64,000 nucleotides of DNA from Candidatus Methylomirabilota bacterium (GTDB lineage Bacteria > Methylomirabilota > Methylomirabilia > Methylomirabilales > 2-02-FULL-66-22): NCBI GenBank assembly GCA_016209735.1, contig JACQVN010000030.1, forward strand, positions 3,265-67,264. The letters are read 5' to 3'. Below are positions 50,218 through 59,729 of the stretch, one piece after another. The notes beneath the pieces are model-generated. The model was not told where the DNA came from. It worked only from the letters and a program-made list of their open reading frames with translations, and did no database searches. The stretch's first letter is position 1; each line of letters starts with the position of its first letter. Made by a program: the position numbers and the translations under genes.

Positions 50218-51777
50218 ATGGATCTGCTCGGCTTTCTCTCCATCGGCTTTGCGACGGCGCTCAGTTGGAGCAATATTCTGGTCTGCTTCGCCGGCGTATT
50301 CCTCGGCACGGTGATCGGCGTCCTGCCGGGCCTCGGTCCGACCGCGACGGTATCACTCCTGCTTCCGCTCACGTTCACGATGAACCCGGCGTCGGCGGTC
50401 ATCTTGATGGCGGGAATCTACTACGGGTCGCAGTACGGCGGGTCGCTGACCTCCATCCTCGTTCGGATACCGGGGGAATCCGCCTCGGTCGTCACCTGCA
50501 TCGACGGCTACGAGATGGCGAAGCGTGGACGCGCCGGCGCCGCGCTCGGCATCGCCGCCTTCGGGTCGTTCATCGCGGGAATCGTCGTGACCATCGCCCT
50601 CTTCTTTGTCGGCCCCGTCCTGGCCCGCTTCGCGCTGCGTTTCGGACCGCCGGAGTATGCCGCCCTCGTGCTGCTTGGGCTGCTGCTTGTCACGCAGGTC
50701 TCCCAGACCTCGTGCCTGAATTCGCTGATCATGGCCTGCCTCGGCCTGCTCCTCAGCACGGTCGGCGTCGATAGAATCCACGGCGACCAGCGGTTCACCT
50801 TCGGTCTCATCGGCCTCTTCAATGGATTCAACGTCGCCGTTCTGTGCATGGGCCTGTTCGCGATCGCAGAGCTTCTGACGTCCGCGGAAGGCCGGGAAAA
50901 CACACCAAAGCCCGTCGCCCAGCCGCGCCGCCTTCGCGAAATGCTGCCGAATCGAGAGGAGTGGCGGCGGAGCACGCTGCCGATCACTCGCGGCACGGCG
51001 CTCGGCTTTCTGCTCGGGATTCTCCCCGGCGGCGGAGCGACGATCGCCTCCTTTGCGGCCTACGTGATGGAGCGGCGCATCTCCAAACACCCGGAGCGGT
51101 TCGGCCAGGGCGCCATCGAGGGGGTGGCGGGGCCTGAGTCGGCCAACAATGCGGCCGCGCAGGCCTCCTTCATCCCGCTCCTGAGCCTCGGCATTCCGGC
51201 GAATGCGGTGCTGGCAGTCGTCCTGGCCTCCCTCTTGGTTCAGGGCGTCCTGCCGGGACCGACCCTGATGACGAAGAGCCCCGACCTCTTCTTCGGGGTC
51301 ATCATCAGCATGCTGGTCGGGAATGTCATTCTCGTCGTCTTGAACGTGCCGCTCATCTCGGTTTTTGTGCTGCTGCTCCGCGTCCCCATTTCCATCCTGT
51401 CTCCGTTGATCATCGTGTTCTGCGTGATCGGTGCGTATAGCCTGGACAACAGCAGCGCAGACGTTCTGATGATGGTCGGGCTCGGCCTCGCGGGATACCT
51501 CATGCGGAAGGTCGACCTCGACCCCGCACCCCTGGTCCTGGCCTTTGTCCTCGGCCAGATTTTCGAGACGGCTCTGCAACAGAGCCTGCTGGTGGGACGA
51601 GGCTCCTTGGGGGTGTTCCTCGACCGCCCCATCGCGGCCTTCCTGATCGGATGCTCGGTTTGCCTCATTGTGTTTCAGGCGGGCGGAGCGATCCTTGCCC
51701 GCGCGCGTGCGGCGGCTGGTCGAGGTTCCCGGAACGAGAGTCAGCCGATGCGTCGGTTCAGTCGGCCGCCGCCATAA
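50218..51777 (+). CDS. tctA: TctA large permease
   Basis: GVLPGLG; YYGSQYGGS; EGVAGPESANNA. Confidence 0.95.
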   Translation: MDLLGFLSIGFATALSWSNILVCFAGVFLGTVIGVLPGLGPTATVSLLLPLTFTMNPASAVILMAGIYYGSQYGGSLTSILVRIPGESASVVTCIDGYEMAKRGRAGAALGIAAFGSFIAGIVVTIALFFVGPVLARFALRFGPPEYAALVLLGLLLVTQVSQTSCLNSLIMACLGLLLSTVGVDRIHGDQRFTFGLIGLFNGFNVAVLCMGLFAIAELLTSAEGRENTPKPVAQPRRLREMLPNREEWRRSTLPITRGTALGFLLGILPGGGATIASFAAYVMERRISKHPERFGQGAIEGVAGPESANNAAAQASFIPLLSLGIPANAVLAVVLASLLVQGVLPGPTLMTKSPDLFFGVIISMLVGNVILVVLNVPLISVFVLLLRVPISILSPLIIVFCVIGAYSLDNSSADVLMMVGLGLAGYLMRKVDLDPAPLVLAFVLGQIFETALQQSLLVGRGSLGVFLDRPIAAFLIGCSVCLIVFQAGGAILARARAAAGRGSRNESQPMRRFSRPPP

Positions 51778-52062
51778 TATTTCTCCGGTGGTTCGACCGG
51801 ACCCGTGACCTCCGGGTCCATCTCCCTGACGAGCCGCTGAGCACTCAGGATTTGATCGGGTCGCGCTCCGCCCCCGAGACCCTCAATGGGCGTCGGCTCG
51901 TGACGGGGGTCTCTGGCCAGGCGGCGGGTAGGCAGACTTCCCAGCCCTTGGGTGTGTCATGTCTTGAGATGGGCATGGGCGCTGGCACCCGAGAGGGGCA
52001 GCGGGTGCCCGCACCCGCCGTTGTGTCCGTCACCTCTCTGTGATAGCCTGGCCATGGTCTTA

Positions 52063-52413
52063 CGGTTCGCGGTTCATGGTTCGCGGTCGCAGTCCCGCCT
52101 CCGGCGGAACGGAGATCCCCCGCAGCGGGATTCGAGGTTGTCGGTTCAAGGTTCCCGGTTCGAGGTTTACGATGGAAGGTTCAAGGTTCGGGATTCCCGG
52201 TTCTCCCCGCCGCACCCTGAATCCGCCAGAGGCGGACACCTCGAACCGCGACGCCTCCAACCGCAGCACCGCCCCACCTCGAACCGCGGCGGCATCAACA
52301 GCAGAACCGCAGCTCTTTGAACCGGTGCGCCCGACCCTCGAACCGATAACCCTGAACCCTGAAACCCGAACCTCGAACCGTGAACCTCGAACCTTGAACC
52401 GAGAACTTCGAAC
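52063..52413. repeat. Inverted degenerate heptamer arrays (GGTTCGA)n ... (TCGAACC)n
   Basis: Left arm 52063-52203, right arm 52239-52413, ending at the purB SD. Confidence 0.85.
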
Positions 52414-52431
52414 ACCGCCGAAGGAGGGCCC

Positions 52432-53727
52432 ATGATCCCGCGGTATTCTCGGCACGAGATGGGCGCCATCTGGGAGCCGGCGAACCGCTTTGCCCTCTGG
52501 CTCAGGATCGAACTGATGGTCTGCGAGGCCTGGGCGGAGCAGGGCCAGATTCCGGCAGACGCCCTGGCACAGATCAAGGCCAAGGCGAGCTTCGATGTGG
52601 ACCGGATCGACGCCATCGAGCGGGAGGTCAAGCACGACGTCATCGCCTTCCTGACGGCCGTGGCCGAGCGGGTGGGCCCAGCCGCCCGGTACATGCACCT
52701 CGGCCTCACCTCCTCGGACATCCTGGATACCTGCCTGGCGCTGCAGCTCGTGCAGGCGGCCGACCTGCTGCTGGCCGACCTGGCGGCCGTGGAGGCGGTG
52801 CTGGCCGACCTGGCGCGGCGGCACAAAGACACGGTCATGATGGGCCGCACCCACGGCGTTCACGCCGAGCCGACGACCTTCGGTCTGAAGCTGGCCATGT
52901 GGCTGGAGGAGGTGCGGCGGGGCCGGGCGCGACTTCAGCGGGCGCGGGCGGTGGTGGGGTTCGGGAAGCTGTCGGGCGCCGTGGGGACCTTCGCCAACGT
53001 GCCCCCCGTCATCGAGGAGTTTGTCTGCGCGCGCCTGGGGCTTACCCCCGAGCCGGTCTCCACCCAGATCATCCAGCGGGACCGGCACGCCGAGTATCTG
53101 GCCGCGCTGGCCATCGTCGGCTCCTCCCTGGACAAGTTCGCCACGGAGATCCGTCACCTGCAGCGGACCGAGGTCCGCGAGGCCGAGGAGCCGTTCAGCC
53201 AGGGACAGAAGGGCTCCTCCGCCATGCCCCACAAGCGCAATCCCGTGGCCTGCGAGCAGATCTCGGGGCTGGCGCGGCTCCTCAGGGCCAACGTGCAGGC
53301 GGGGCTGGAGAATATTGCGCTCTGGCACGAGCGGGATATCAGCCATTCGTCGGCGGAGCGGGTGATCCTCCCGGATAGCACCATCCTCCTGGATTACCTC
53401 ATGGTCCGGTTCCGCGAGATCCTGGAGGGGATGCGGGTCTACCCGGACCGGATGCTGGCGAACCTCAAGGCCAGCCGCGGGGTCATTTTCTCGCAGCAGG
53501 TGTTGCTGGCGCTGGCCAAGGCCGGGGCCGCGCGGGAGGCGGCGTACCGGCTGGTGCAGCGGAACGCCATGCAGGCCTGGGAGACGGACGTGGAGTTCCA
53601 GGCGCTGCTCCTCTCCGACGCCGAGGTGCGGCACTACCTCGGCCCCGCGGAGATTGCAGCCTGTTTTGAACTGGGGTATCATCTCCGCCACGTCGACGCC
53701 ATCTTCCGGCGGGTGGGGCTGCTGTAG
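52432..53727 (+). CDS. purB: Adenylosuccinate lyase
   Basis: GRTHGVHAEP; GSSAMPHKRNP. Confidence 0.98.
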   Translation: MIPRYSRHEMGAIWEPANRFALWLRIELMVCEAWAEQGQIPADALAQIKAKASFDVDRIDAIEREVKHDVIAFLTAVAERVGPAARYMHLGLTSSDILDTCLALQLVQAADLLLADLAAVEAVLADLARRHKDTVMMGRTHGVHAEPTTFGLKLAMWLEEVRRGRARLQRARAVVGFGKLSGAVGTFANVPPVIEEFVCARLGLTPEPVSTQIIQRDRHAEYLAALAIVGSSLDKFATEIRHLQRTEVREAEEPFSQGQKGSSAMPHKRNPVACEQISGLARLLRANVQAGLENIALWHERDISHSSAERVILPDSTILLDYLMVRFREILEGMRVYPDRMLANLKASRGVIFSQQVLLALAKAGAAREAAYRLVQRNAMQAWETDVEFQALLLSDAEVRHYLGPAEIAACFELGYHLRHVDAIFRRVGLL

Positions 53728-53747
53728 TGTTTGATTGCCGCACTCCA

Positions 53748-53878
53748 TGCTTCGACTGGCTCATGCTTCGATCCCGCCGGGGCGGGACTCAGCATGAGCG
53801 GGAAGAACTCAAGGCCTTCGAGCCATTCTCCGCTTACCCTGAGCCCGTCGAAGGGTGAGCGGGTCGAGGGCGAACGGA
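53748..53878. repeat. Inverted pair of CTTCGA..CTCAG..GAGCGG REP-like repeats with nested palindrome
   Basis: cttcga[tcccgccggggcggga]ctcagcatgagcgg versus ccgcttaccctgagcccgtcgaaggg. Confidence 0.6.
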
Positions 53879-53919
53879 AGGTTTTCCAGTATCCTGCTAA
53901 TGCGGGAACGGGGTCACCG

Positions 53920-54633
53920 GTGACGCGGGCAGAGCGGGGCCGACAGCTCTACGAGGGGAAGTGGAAGGTCCTCTACGAGGCGGCGGAGCCGGACCACCTG
54001 ATCCTGCGCTTCAAGGATGTGCCCAGCTTCCGCCGCGCGGGACGGCCGACCCGGGTGCCGGGGCGAGGGTCGCTGAAGGCGCGCATCACTGCCCGGCTGT
54101 TTGCCGAGCTCATGGGCCAGGGGATCCCCACCCATTTCGTAAAGATGCTCGGCGAGCGGGAGCTCCTGGTCCGGCGGCTGGAGATGATCCGACTGGAGGT
54201 GGTGCTCCGCAACGTGGTGGCGGGGAGTCTGGCCGCCCGCCTCGGCATGGAGTCGGGCACCCCGCTGTCGGCGCCGGTCCTGGAGCTCTACTACAAGAGC
54301 GACGCCCTGGGCGATCCCCTGGTCAACGAGAGCCACGTCTTCGCCCTGGGGCTGGCCACCGGGGCGGAGCTGCGCACGATCCGCGAGACGGCGCTCAGGG
54401 CCAACCGGGCGCTCCTGCCGTTCTTCGCGGAGCGGGAGATCCTGCTGGCGGATTTCAAGCTGGAGTTCGGCCGGCACCGCGCCACGCTCATGGTGGGGGA
54501 CGAGCTCACCCCGGACGGCTGCCGTTTCTGGGATCGCGCCACCCAGGCGCGACTGGGAAAGGAACGGTCCCGGATGAGCCCGGCGCAGGAGGCGGCCCGG
54601 TACCACGAGATCTACGCGCGCATCTGCGCGTAG
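53920..54633 (+). CDS. purC: SAICAR synthetase (divergent)
   Basis: LYEGK; EVVLRN..AGS; DFKLEFG; DELTPDGCRFWD; pur operon position. Confidence 0.9.
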   Translation: MTRAERGRQLYEGKWKVLYEAAEPDHLILRFKDVPSFRRAGRPTRVPGRGSLKARITARLFAELMGQGIPTHFVKMLGERELLVRRLEMIRLEVVLRNVVAGSLAARLGMESGTPLSAPVLELYYKSDALGDPLVNESHVFALGLATGAELRTIRETALRANRALLPFFAEREILLADFKLEFGRHRATLMVGDELTPDGCRFWDRATQARLGKERSRMSPAQEAARYHEIYARICA

Positions 54634-54680
54634 TGCGGCGAGGCACGGAGAGCCGGTTCTGGCCCTCTCGACCGGGAAGC

Positions 54681-54787
54681 GGGCGGGCATGAAGCCCGCC
54701 CCTACGCAACCACAATTGACGCGAACACGGTCCTCCGTAGGGGAGGGGTTTATCCCCTCCCGGAGGTGGAGGGGTTTACCCCCTCCT
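54681..54787. repeat. GTAG-type REP doublet in inverted orientation
   Basis: gggcgggcatgaagcccgcccCTAC (54681-54706) and GTAGgggaggggtttatcccctccc (54736-54761). Confidence 0.75.
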
Positions 54788-54799
54788 CGAATGATCGAC

Positions 54800-54857
54800 C
54801 CTGAACCGCGAACCTCGAACCGATAACCTCGAACCGGGAACCCTGAACCTCGAACCG
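54800..54857 (+). repeat. (TCGAACC)-type heptamer array, ~8 units
   Basis: cctgaac cgcgaac ctcgaac cgataac ctcgaac cgggaac cctgaac ctcgaac before purS. Confidence 0.85.
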
Positions 54858-54865
54858 AGGGGCCC

Positions 54866-55120
54866 ATGCTCGAAGCCCAGATCTACGTGACGCTGAAGCG
54901 GAGCGTTCTGGACCCGCAGGGCGAGACGGTGAAGAGCGGCCTGGCCTCCCTGGGGTTCACGGGCGTCGAGGACTGCCGGGTGGGCAAATTCCTGGTGCTC
55001 ACGCTCGGCGAAACGGACCCGGAACGGGCCAGGGGGCAGGTGGAGGAGATGTGCCGGCGGCTCCTGGCCAACCCGGTCATTGAAGAGTACCGCTTCCAGC
55101 TCCGCGAGGTGGCCGGATGA
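54866..55120 (+). CDS. purS: FGAM synthase subunit PurS
   Basis: VLDPQG; LLANPVIE. Confidence 0.97.
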   Translation: MLEAQIYVTLKRSVLDPQGETVKSGLASLGFTGVEDCRVGKFLVLTLGETDPERARGQVEEMCRRLLANPVIEEYRFQLREVAG

Positions 55121-55806
55121 GGGTGGGCGTCCTGGTCTTCCCCGGAACCTGGAGCCATCAGGACTTCGCCCATGTGTTGGGAGACGTGGTGCGTTCGCCC
55201 TGGGGATTCGTGTGGCACAAGGAGCGCTCCGTGGCGGGCTACGACTGCCTCATCCTCCCCGGCGGTTTCGCGCACGGGGACTACCTCCGCTGCGGGGCCA
55301 TCGCGCGCTTCTCGCCGGTGATGGAGGCGGTGGTGCGCTTCGCCAAGGAGGGCGGGCCGGTGATCGGAAGCTGCAACGGCTTCCAGATCCTGTGCGAGGC
55401 GGGCCTCTTACCCGGGGCGCTCCTCCGGAACACCTGTCTCCAATACCGCTGCCAGTGGGTCCACATCCGGACGGAAAACCGAAACACGCCCTTCACCCGG
55501 AGGCTGGCGCCGGGGCAACTGCTTCGGATTCCCATCTCGCACGGCGAGGGGCGCTATTACGCGGCGCCGGAGACCCTGGCGGCCATGCGGGCGCGGGGGC
55601 AGATCGTCTTCCGTTACGCGACCGCGGACGGCCGGGTAACGGCGGAGGCGAACCCGAACGGCTCGCTGGAGAACATCGCCGGGGTCAGCAACGAGGCGGG
55701 CAATGTGGTCGGCCTGATGCCGCACCCCGAGCGTGCCGCCGAGGCCCTCCTGGGCTCCCAGGACGGCCTGCCGCTGTTTTTGGGCGCCATACAGACAGTG
55801 CGATAG
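55117..55806 (+). CDS. purQ: FGAM synthase glutaminase subunit PurQ
   Basis: GDYLR; GSCNGFQIL; NPNGS; MPHPER. Confidence 0.97.
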   Translation: MRVGVLVFPGTWSHQDFAHVLGDVVRSPWGFVWHKERSVAGYDCLILPGGFAHGDYLRCGAIARFSPVMEAVVRFAKEGGPVIGSCNGFQILCEAGLLPGALLRNTCLQYRCQWVHIRTENRNTPFTRRLAPGQLLRIPISHGEGRYYAAPETLAAMRARGQIVFRYATADGRVTAEANPNGSLENIAGVSNEAGNVVGLMPHPERAAEALLGSQDGLPLFLGAIQTVR

Positions 55807-55913
55807 TTCGGGAATTCGATAGATCGAGAGATCGAACGTTCACAGGATCGGAACGCCCCTGCTCCTCCGGAAGCCTTGAACGCTCGAACCTTCGACCCGT
55901 TGAACTGCCGAAC
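55801..55913. repeat. Degenerate inverted octamer arrays between purQ and purL
   Basis: cgatagtt cgggaatt cgatagat cgagagat cgaacgtt ... gaacgctc gaaccttc gacccgtt gaactgcc gaac. Confidence 0.6.
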
Positions 55914-55929
55914 AGAGTTAGGGACCCAC

Positions 55930-58152
55930 ATGCGGGAATCCAAGGCCATCACCCCCGATCTGATCGCCAGCCACGGCATCAGTTCCGAGGAGTACGCCCG
56001 CATCCAGGGCATCCTGGGACGGGATCCCAATTTCACCGAGCTGGGCATCTTCTCGGTGATGTGGTCGGAGCACTGCAGCTACAAGAGCTCCCGGGTTCAC
56101 CTGAAGGGCCTTCCCACGCAGGGGCCCTGCATCCTGCAGGGCCCCGGCGAGAACGCCGGCGTGGTGGACATCGGCGACGGCCTGGCCATTGTGTTCAAGA
56201 TGGAGAGCCACAACCATCCCTCCTTCATCGAGCCGTACCAGGGGGCGGCCACCGGCGTGGGGGGAATCATTCGGGACATCTTCACCATGGGGGCGCGGCC
56301 CATCGCCCTTTTGGATTCCCTGCGCTTCGGTCCGCTCGGCGACCCCAAGGGGCGATACGTCGCAGGCGGGGTGGTGGCAGGGATTGCGGGGTACGGCAAC
56401 GCCGTGGGCGTGCCCACGGTGGGGGGAGAGCTCTTTGTCTCCGAGCGCTACGCGGGCAACCCGCTGGTCAATGTCTTCTGCCTGGGGATCGCCCCCAAGG
56501 AGCGCATCTGGCTGGCTCGGGCTGGCGGCGCGGGAAACCCCGTCATCTACGTCGGCGCCAAGACGGGCCGGGATGGCATTCATGGGGCCACCATGGCCTC
56601 GGAAGCCTTCGCCGAGGGCTCGGAAGAGCGGAGGCCCACGGTCCAGGTGGGGGATCCCTTCCGGGAGAAGCTGCTCATCGAGGCCTGCCTGGAGCTCATG
56701 GCCCAGGACGTTCTCGTCGGCATCCAGGACATGGGGGCGGCGGGTCTCACCTGCTCGACCTGCGAGATGGCCAGCCGGGGCGGCGTGGGCATCGAGATCG
56801 ACCTGGCCAAGGTGCCGCGCCGCGAGACGGGGATGATTCCCTACGAGGTCATGCTCTCCGAGTCGCAGGAGCGGATGCTCCTGGTGGCGAAGCGCGGCCG
56901 CGAGGCCGAGGTGCTGCAAATCTTCCGCAAGTGGGACCTGGACGCCGTGATCATCGGCCGGGTCACCGAGGACGGAATGATGCGGGTAAAGGAAGGGGGG
57001 CAGGTGGTCGCGGAGATCCCGGCCCACCCCCTGGCGGAGGACGGTCCGGTCTACCGGCGGTGCATGGCGCGGCCCGACTACCTGCAGGAGACGGAGCGGG
57101 CGGACTTGTCCTGCCTGCCGGTTCCCCGGCGGCTGGGCGAGGTCCTGATTCAGCTCCTCGGCTCGCCCGGCATTGCCTCCAAGCTGCCCGTCTGGCGACA
57201 GTACGACCACATGCTCTTCTGCAACAGCGTGGTGGAGCCGGGATCGGATGCCGCCGTGCTGCGCATCCAGGGCACCCGCAAGGGGCTGGCCCTCTCCGCC
57301 GATGGGAACGGCCGCTACACCTACCTCGACCCCTACGAGGGGGGAAAGCTTGCCGTGGCCGAGGCCGCCCGCAACGTCGTCTGCGCCGGGGCGCGGCCGC
57401 TGGCCATCACCAACTGCCTGAACTTCGGCAGCCCGGAGCGCCCCGAGATCATGTGGCAGTTCGCCGAGGCGGTGCGGGGCATGGCGGATGCCTGCCGCGC
57501 CTTCGGGACGCCCGTGACCGGCGGAAACGTGAGCTTCTACAACGAGACGCTGGGGACGGCCATCTTCCCGACGCCCATCATCGGGATGGTGGGGCTCCTG
57601 GAGGACATTCGCCACGCCGCCACCCAATGGTTCAAGGCGGAGGGGGACGTCATCTACCTGTTCGGGGAGACCCGGGACGAACTGGGGGGCAGCGAGTATC
57701 TGAAGGTCATCCACGGCCTGGAGACCGGGCGACCGCCCCGCCTGGACCTGGACCGGGAGCGGGCCGTCCAGGCGGCCTGCCTGGCGGCCATCCAGGCGGG
57801 GATCGTGCGCTCCGCTCACGACGCTGCGGATGGCGGCCTGGCGGTGGCGCTGGCCGAGTGCTGCGTGAGCGGGCCTGAGGCGCGACTGGGTGCGATCGTG
57901 GAGCTACGGGGGGAGGTCCGACCGGATGCCCTCCTCTTCGGCGAGTCGGCCTCGCGCATCCTGGTGAGCGTCACGCCCGCCGATGCCGACCGGCTGGAGG
58001 CGGTGGCCGCGACCCACGGGGCCCCCTGCGTCCGCCTGGGAAAGGTCGGTGGCGAGGAGCTGATCCTCAAGGGGCGGGGGTTCGAATGCCGGCTTCCGCT
58101 GGCGCGGCTGCACGACGCCTGGGCCACTGGCCTCAGCCAGTTGCTCGAATAA
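55930..58152 (+). CDS. purL: FGAM synthase subunit PurL (small form)
   Basis: [11 protein letters not shown]; ESHNHPS; QDMGAAGL; GGNVSFYNE. Confidence 0.98.
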   Translation: MRESKAITPDLIASHGISSEEYARIQGILGRDPNFTELGIFSVMWSEHCSYKSSRVHLKGLPTQGPCILQGPGENAGVVDIGDGLAIVFKMESHNHPSFIEPYQGAATGVGGIIRDIFTMGARPIALLDSLRFGPLGDPKGRYVAGGVVAGIAGYGNAVGVPTVGGELFVSERYAGNPLVNVFCLGIAPKERIWLARAGGAGNPVIYVGAKTGRDGIHGATMASEAFAEGSEERRPTVQVGDPFREKLLIEACLELMAQDVLVGIQDMGAAGLTCSTCEMASRGGVGIEIDLAKVPRRETGMIPYEVMLSESQERMLLVAKRGREAEVLQIFRKWDLDAVIIGRVTEDGMMRVKEGGQVVAEIPAHPLAEDGPVYRRCMARPDYLQETERADLSCLPVPRRLGEVLIQLLGSPGIASKLPVWRQYDHMLFCNSVVEPGSDAAVLRIQGTRKGLALSADGNGRYTYLDPYEGGKLAVAEAARNVVCAGARPLAITNCLNFGSPERPEIMWQFAEAVRGMADACRAFGTPVTGGNVSFYNETLGTAIFPTPIIGMVGLLEDIRHAATQWFKAEGDVIYLFGETRDELGGSEYLKVIHGLETGRPPRLDLDRERAVQAACLAAIQAGIVRSAHDAADGGLAVALAECCVSGPEARLGAIVELRGEVRPDALLFGESASRILVSVTPADADRLEAVAATHGAPCVRLGKVGGEELILKGRGFECRLPLARLHDAWATGLSQLLE

Positions 58153-58396
58153 TTGCGAACGTGGCGATTGAACCGCCGGTACCAACGGCCATGCCGTTGG
58201 TGCGCAAAGGTCGCAAAGAAAGAGTATGAGATTTCCAGGAGGTTCCGGAATCGCCTGGCGTGAACTGACCGGACCGTGTCCAGGGCCGGTGTGGGACGAG
58301 ATCTGGAAGTCGTGCCTCTCTGTGTGGTCTTGGCGAGCTTGGCGGTGAGAGGTCCGGGGCAATTCGGGGAGGAACAGGGAAAGCGAGGCAAGTCGC

Positions 58397-59698
58397 ATGA
58401 AGATCATCAATGTCGGCATCCTGGGGTTAGGTACCATCGGGTCGGGGGTCGTGAAGGTCCTGCAGGGCCACCAGGCCCTCCTGGATCGACGCGTCGGGGC
58501 CAGGCTCCGCATTCGCCGCATTGCCGAGGTCGGCACGCCGCGGATCGAGGTGGACCCCAAGCTCCTCACGCGGGACGCCCGGGAGGTCATCGACGATCCG
58601 CAGATCGACATCGTCGTCGAGCTGATCGGCGGGACCACTGTGGCCAAGACCCTCTGCCTGGAGGCCGTGAACAAGGGCAAGCACCTGGTGACCGCCAACA
58701 AGGCCCTCCTGGCGGAGCAGGGCCTGGAGATCTACCAGGCGGCAGCCACCAAGCGGGTCGATCTGGGTTTCGAGGCTAGCGTCTGCGGCGCCATCCCCAT
58801 CATCCGCTCGGTGCGCGAGGGGCTGGTGGCGAACCAGGTCCGCTCCATCATGGGGATCGTGAACGGGACCACCAACTACATCCTGACCAAGATGACGGAG
58901 AGCGGCCAGGCCTTCGCCACGGTGCTGGCGGAGGCGCAGGCCAAGGGCTACGCCGAGGCCGACCCCACGCTGGACGTCGGGGGCTTCGACGCCGCCCACA
59001 AGCTCCAGATCCTGGGCTCCCTGGCCTACGGGAGTTACATCCGGTACTCCGACATCCACATCGAGGGCATCCAGAAGGTGGAGGCCGTGGACATCGAGTT
59101 CGCCCGCGAGCTGGGGTGCCGCATCAAGCTGCTGGCCATCGCCAAGGAAGAGCAAGGCGAGCTGGAGGTGCGCGTCCACCCCACCATGATTCCCGACTCC
59201 CACCTGCTGGCCTCGGTGGGCGGGGTGTACAACGCCGTGCACATCCGCGGCGACTCGGCCGGCTCCCTGATGTTCTCCGGCCGGGGGGCGGGACAGATGC
59301 CGACCGCCTCCTCGGTGGTGGCGGACATCGTGGAGATCGCCCACAACATCATCTTCCATCGGCCCTCGCGGGCCTCGCTTCTCCCCACCACCCTCATGGC
59401 GGACGAGGGGATCCGCATCCGGCCGATCGAGCGGATCCGCGGCCGGTACTACCTCCGCATCATGGCCGTGGACAAGCCCGGCGTGCTCTCGAAGGTGTCC
59501 GGGGTTCTGGGGGAGTATAACATCAGCATCGCCTCCATGATCCAGAAGGGGCGCGCCGAGCAGGCGGCAGTTCCCATCGTCATGCTGACCCACGAGGCCA
59601 ACGAGGGCGATGTCCAGAAGGCGCTCAAACGGATCAACCACCTGGAGGTGGTGGCCCAGGACGTTGTTCTCTTCCGCATGGAGGGGATCGAGGACTGA
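58397..59698 (+). CDS. hom: Homoserine dehydrogenase with ACT domain
   Basis: GLGTIG; VTANK; NGTTNYIL; GYAEADPT.DV. Confidence 0.97.
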   Translation: MKIINVGILGLGTIGSGVVKVLQGHQALLDRRVGARLRIRRIAEVGTPRIEVDPKLLTRDAREVIDDPQIDIVVELIGGTTVAKTLCLEAVNKGKHLVTANKALLAEQGLEIYQAAATKRVDLGFEASVCGAIPIIRSVREGLVANQVRSIMGIVNGTTNYILTKMTESGQAFATVLAEAQAKGYAEADPTLDVGGFDAAHKLQILGSLAYGSYIRYSDIHIEGIQKVEAVDIEFARELGCRIKLLAIAKEEQGELEVRVHPTMIPDSHLLASVGGVYNAVHIRGDSAGSLMFSGRGAGQMPTASSVVADIVEIAHNIIFHRPSRASLLPTTLMADEGIRIRPIERIRGRYYLRIMAVDKPGVLSKVSGVLGEYNISIASMIQKGRAEQAAVPIVMLTHEANEGDVQKALKRINHLEVVAQDVVLFRMEGIED

Positions 59699-59722
59699 AC
59701 CTCGAACCTCGAACCGGGAACC
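59694..59722 (+). repeat. (TCGAACC)-type heptamer array, 4 units
   Basis: actgaac ctcgaac ctcgaac cgggaac spanning the hom stop. Confidence 0.75.
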
Positions 59723-59729
59723 CGTACCC

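Noticed and set aside
34380-51942. 15-bp match GTAGGCAGACTTCCC at 34380 and 51928
   Set aside because: One or two 15-mer matches are expected by chance in 64 kb; no supporting context.
51780-52060. Purine or ZTP riboswitch upstream of purB
   Set aside because: No recognisable consensus elements.
52063-52413. Repeat region considered as a CRISPR array
   Set aside because: Units are 7 nt and degenerate, with no unique spacers and no cas genes in the window.
53731-53919. N-terminal extension of PurC in the ORF track (likewise PurL 55876 and ThrC 59610)
   Set aside because: The extensions are translations of intergenic repeats or upstream sequence; homology starts at the later start codons.
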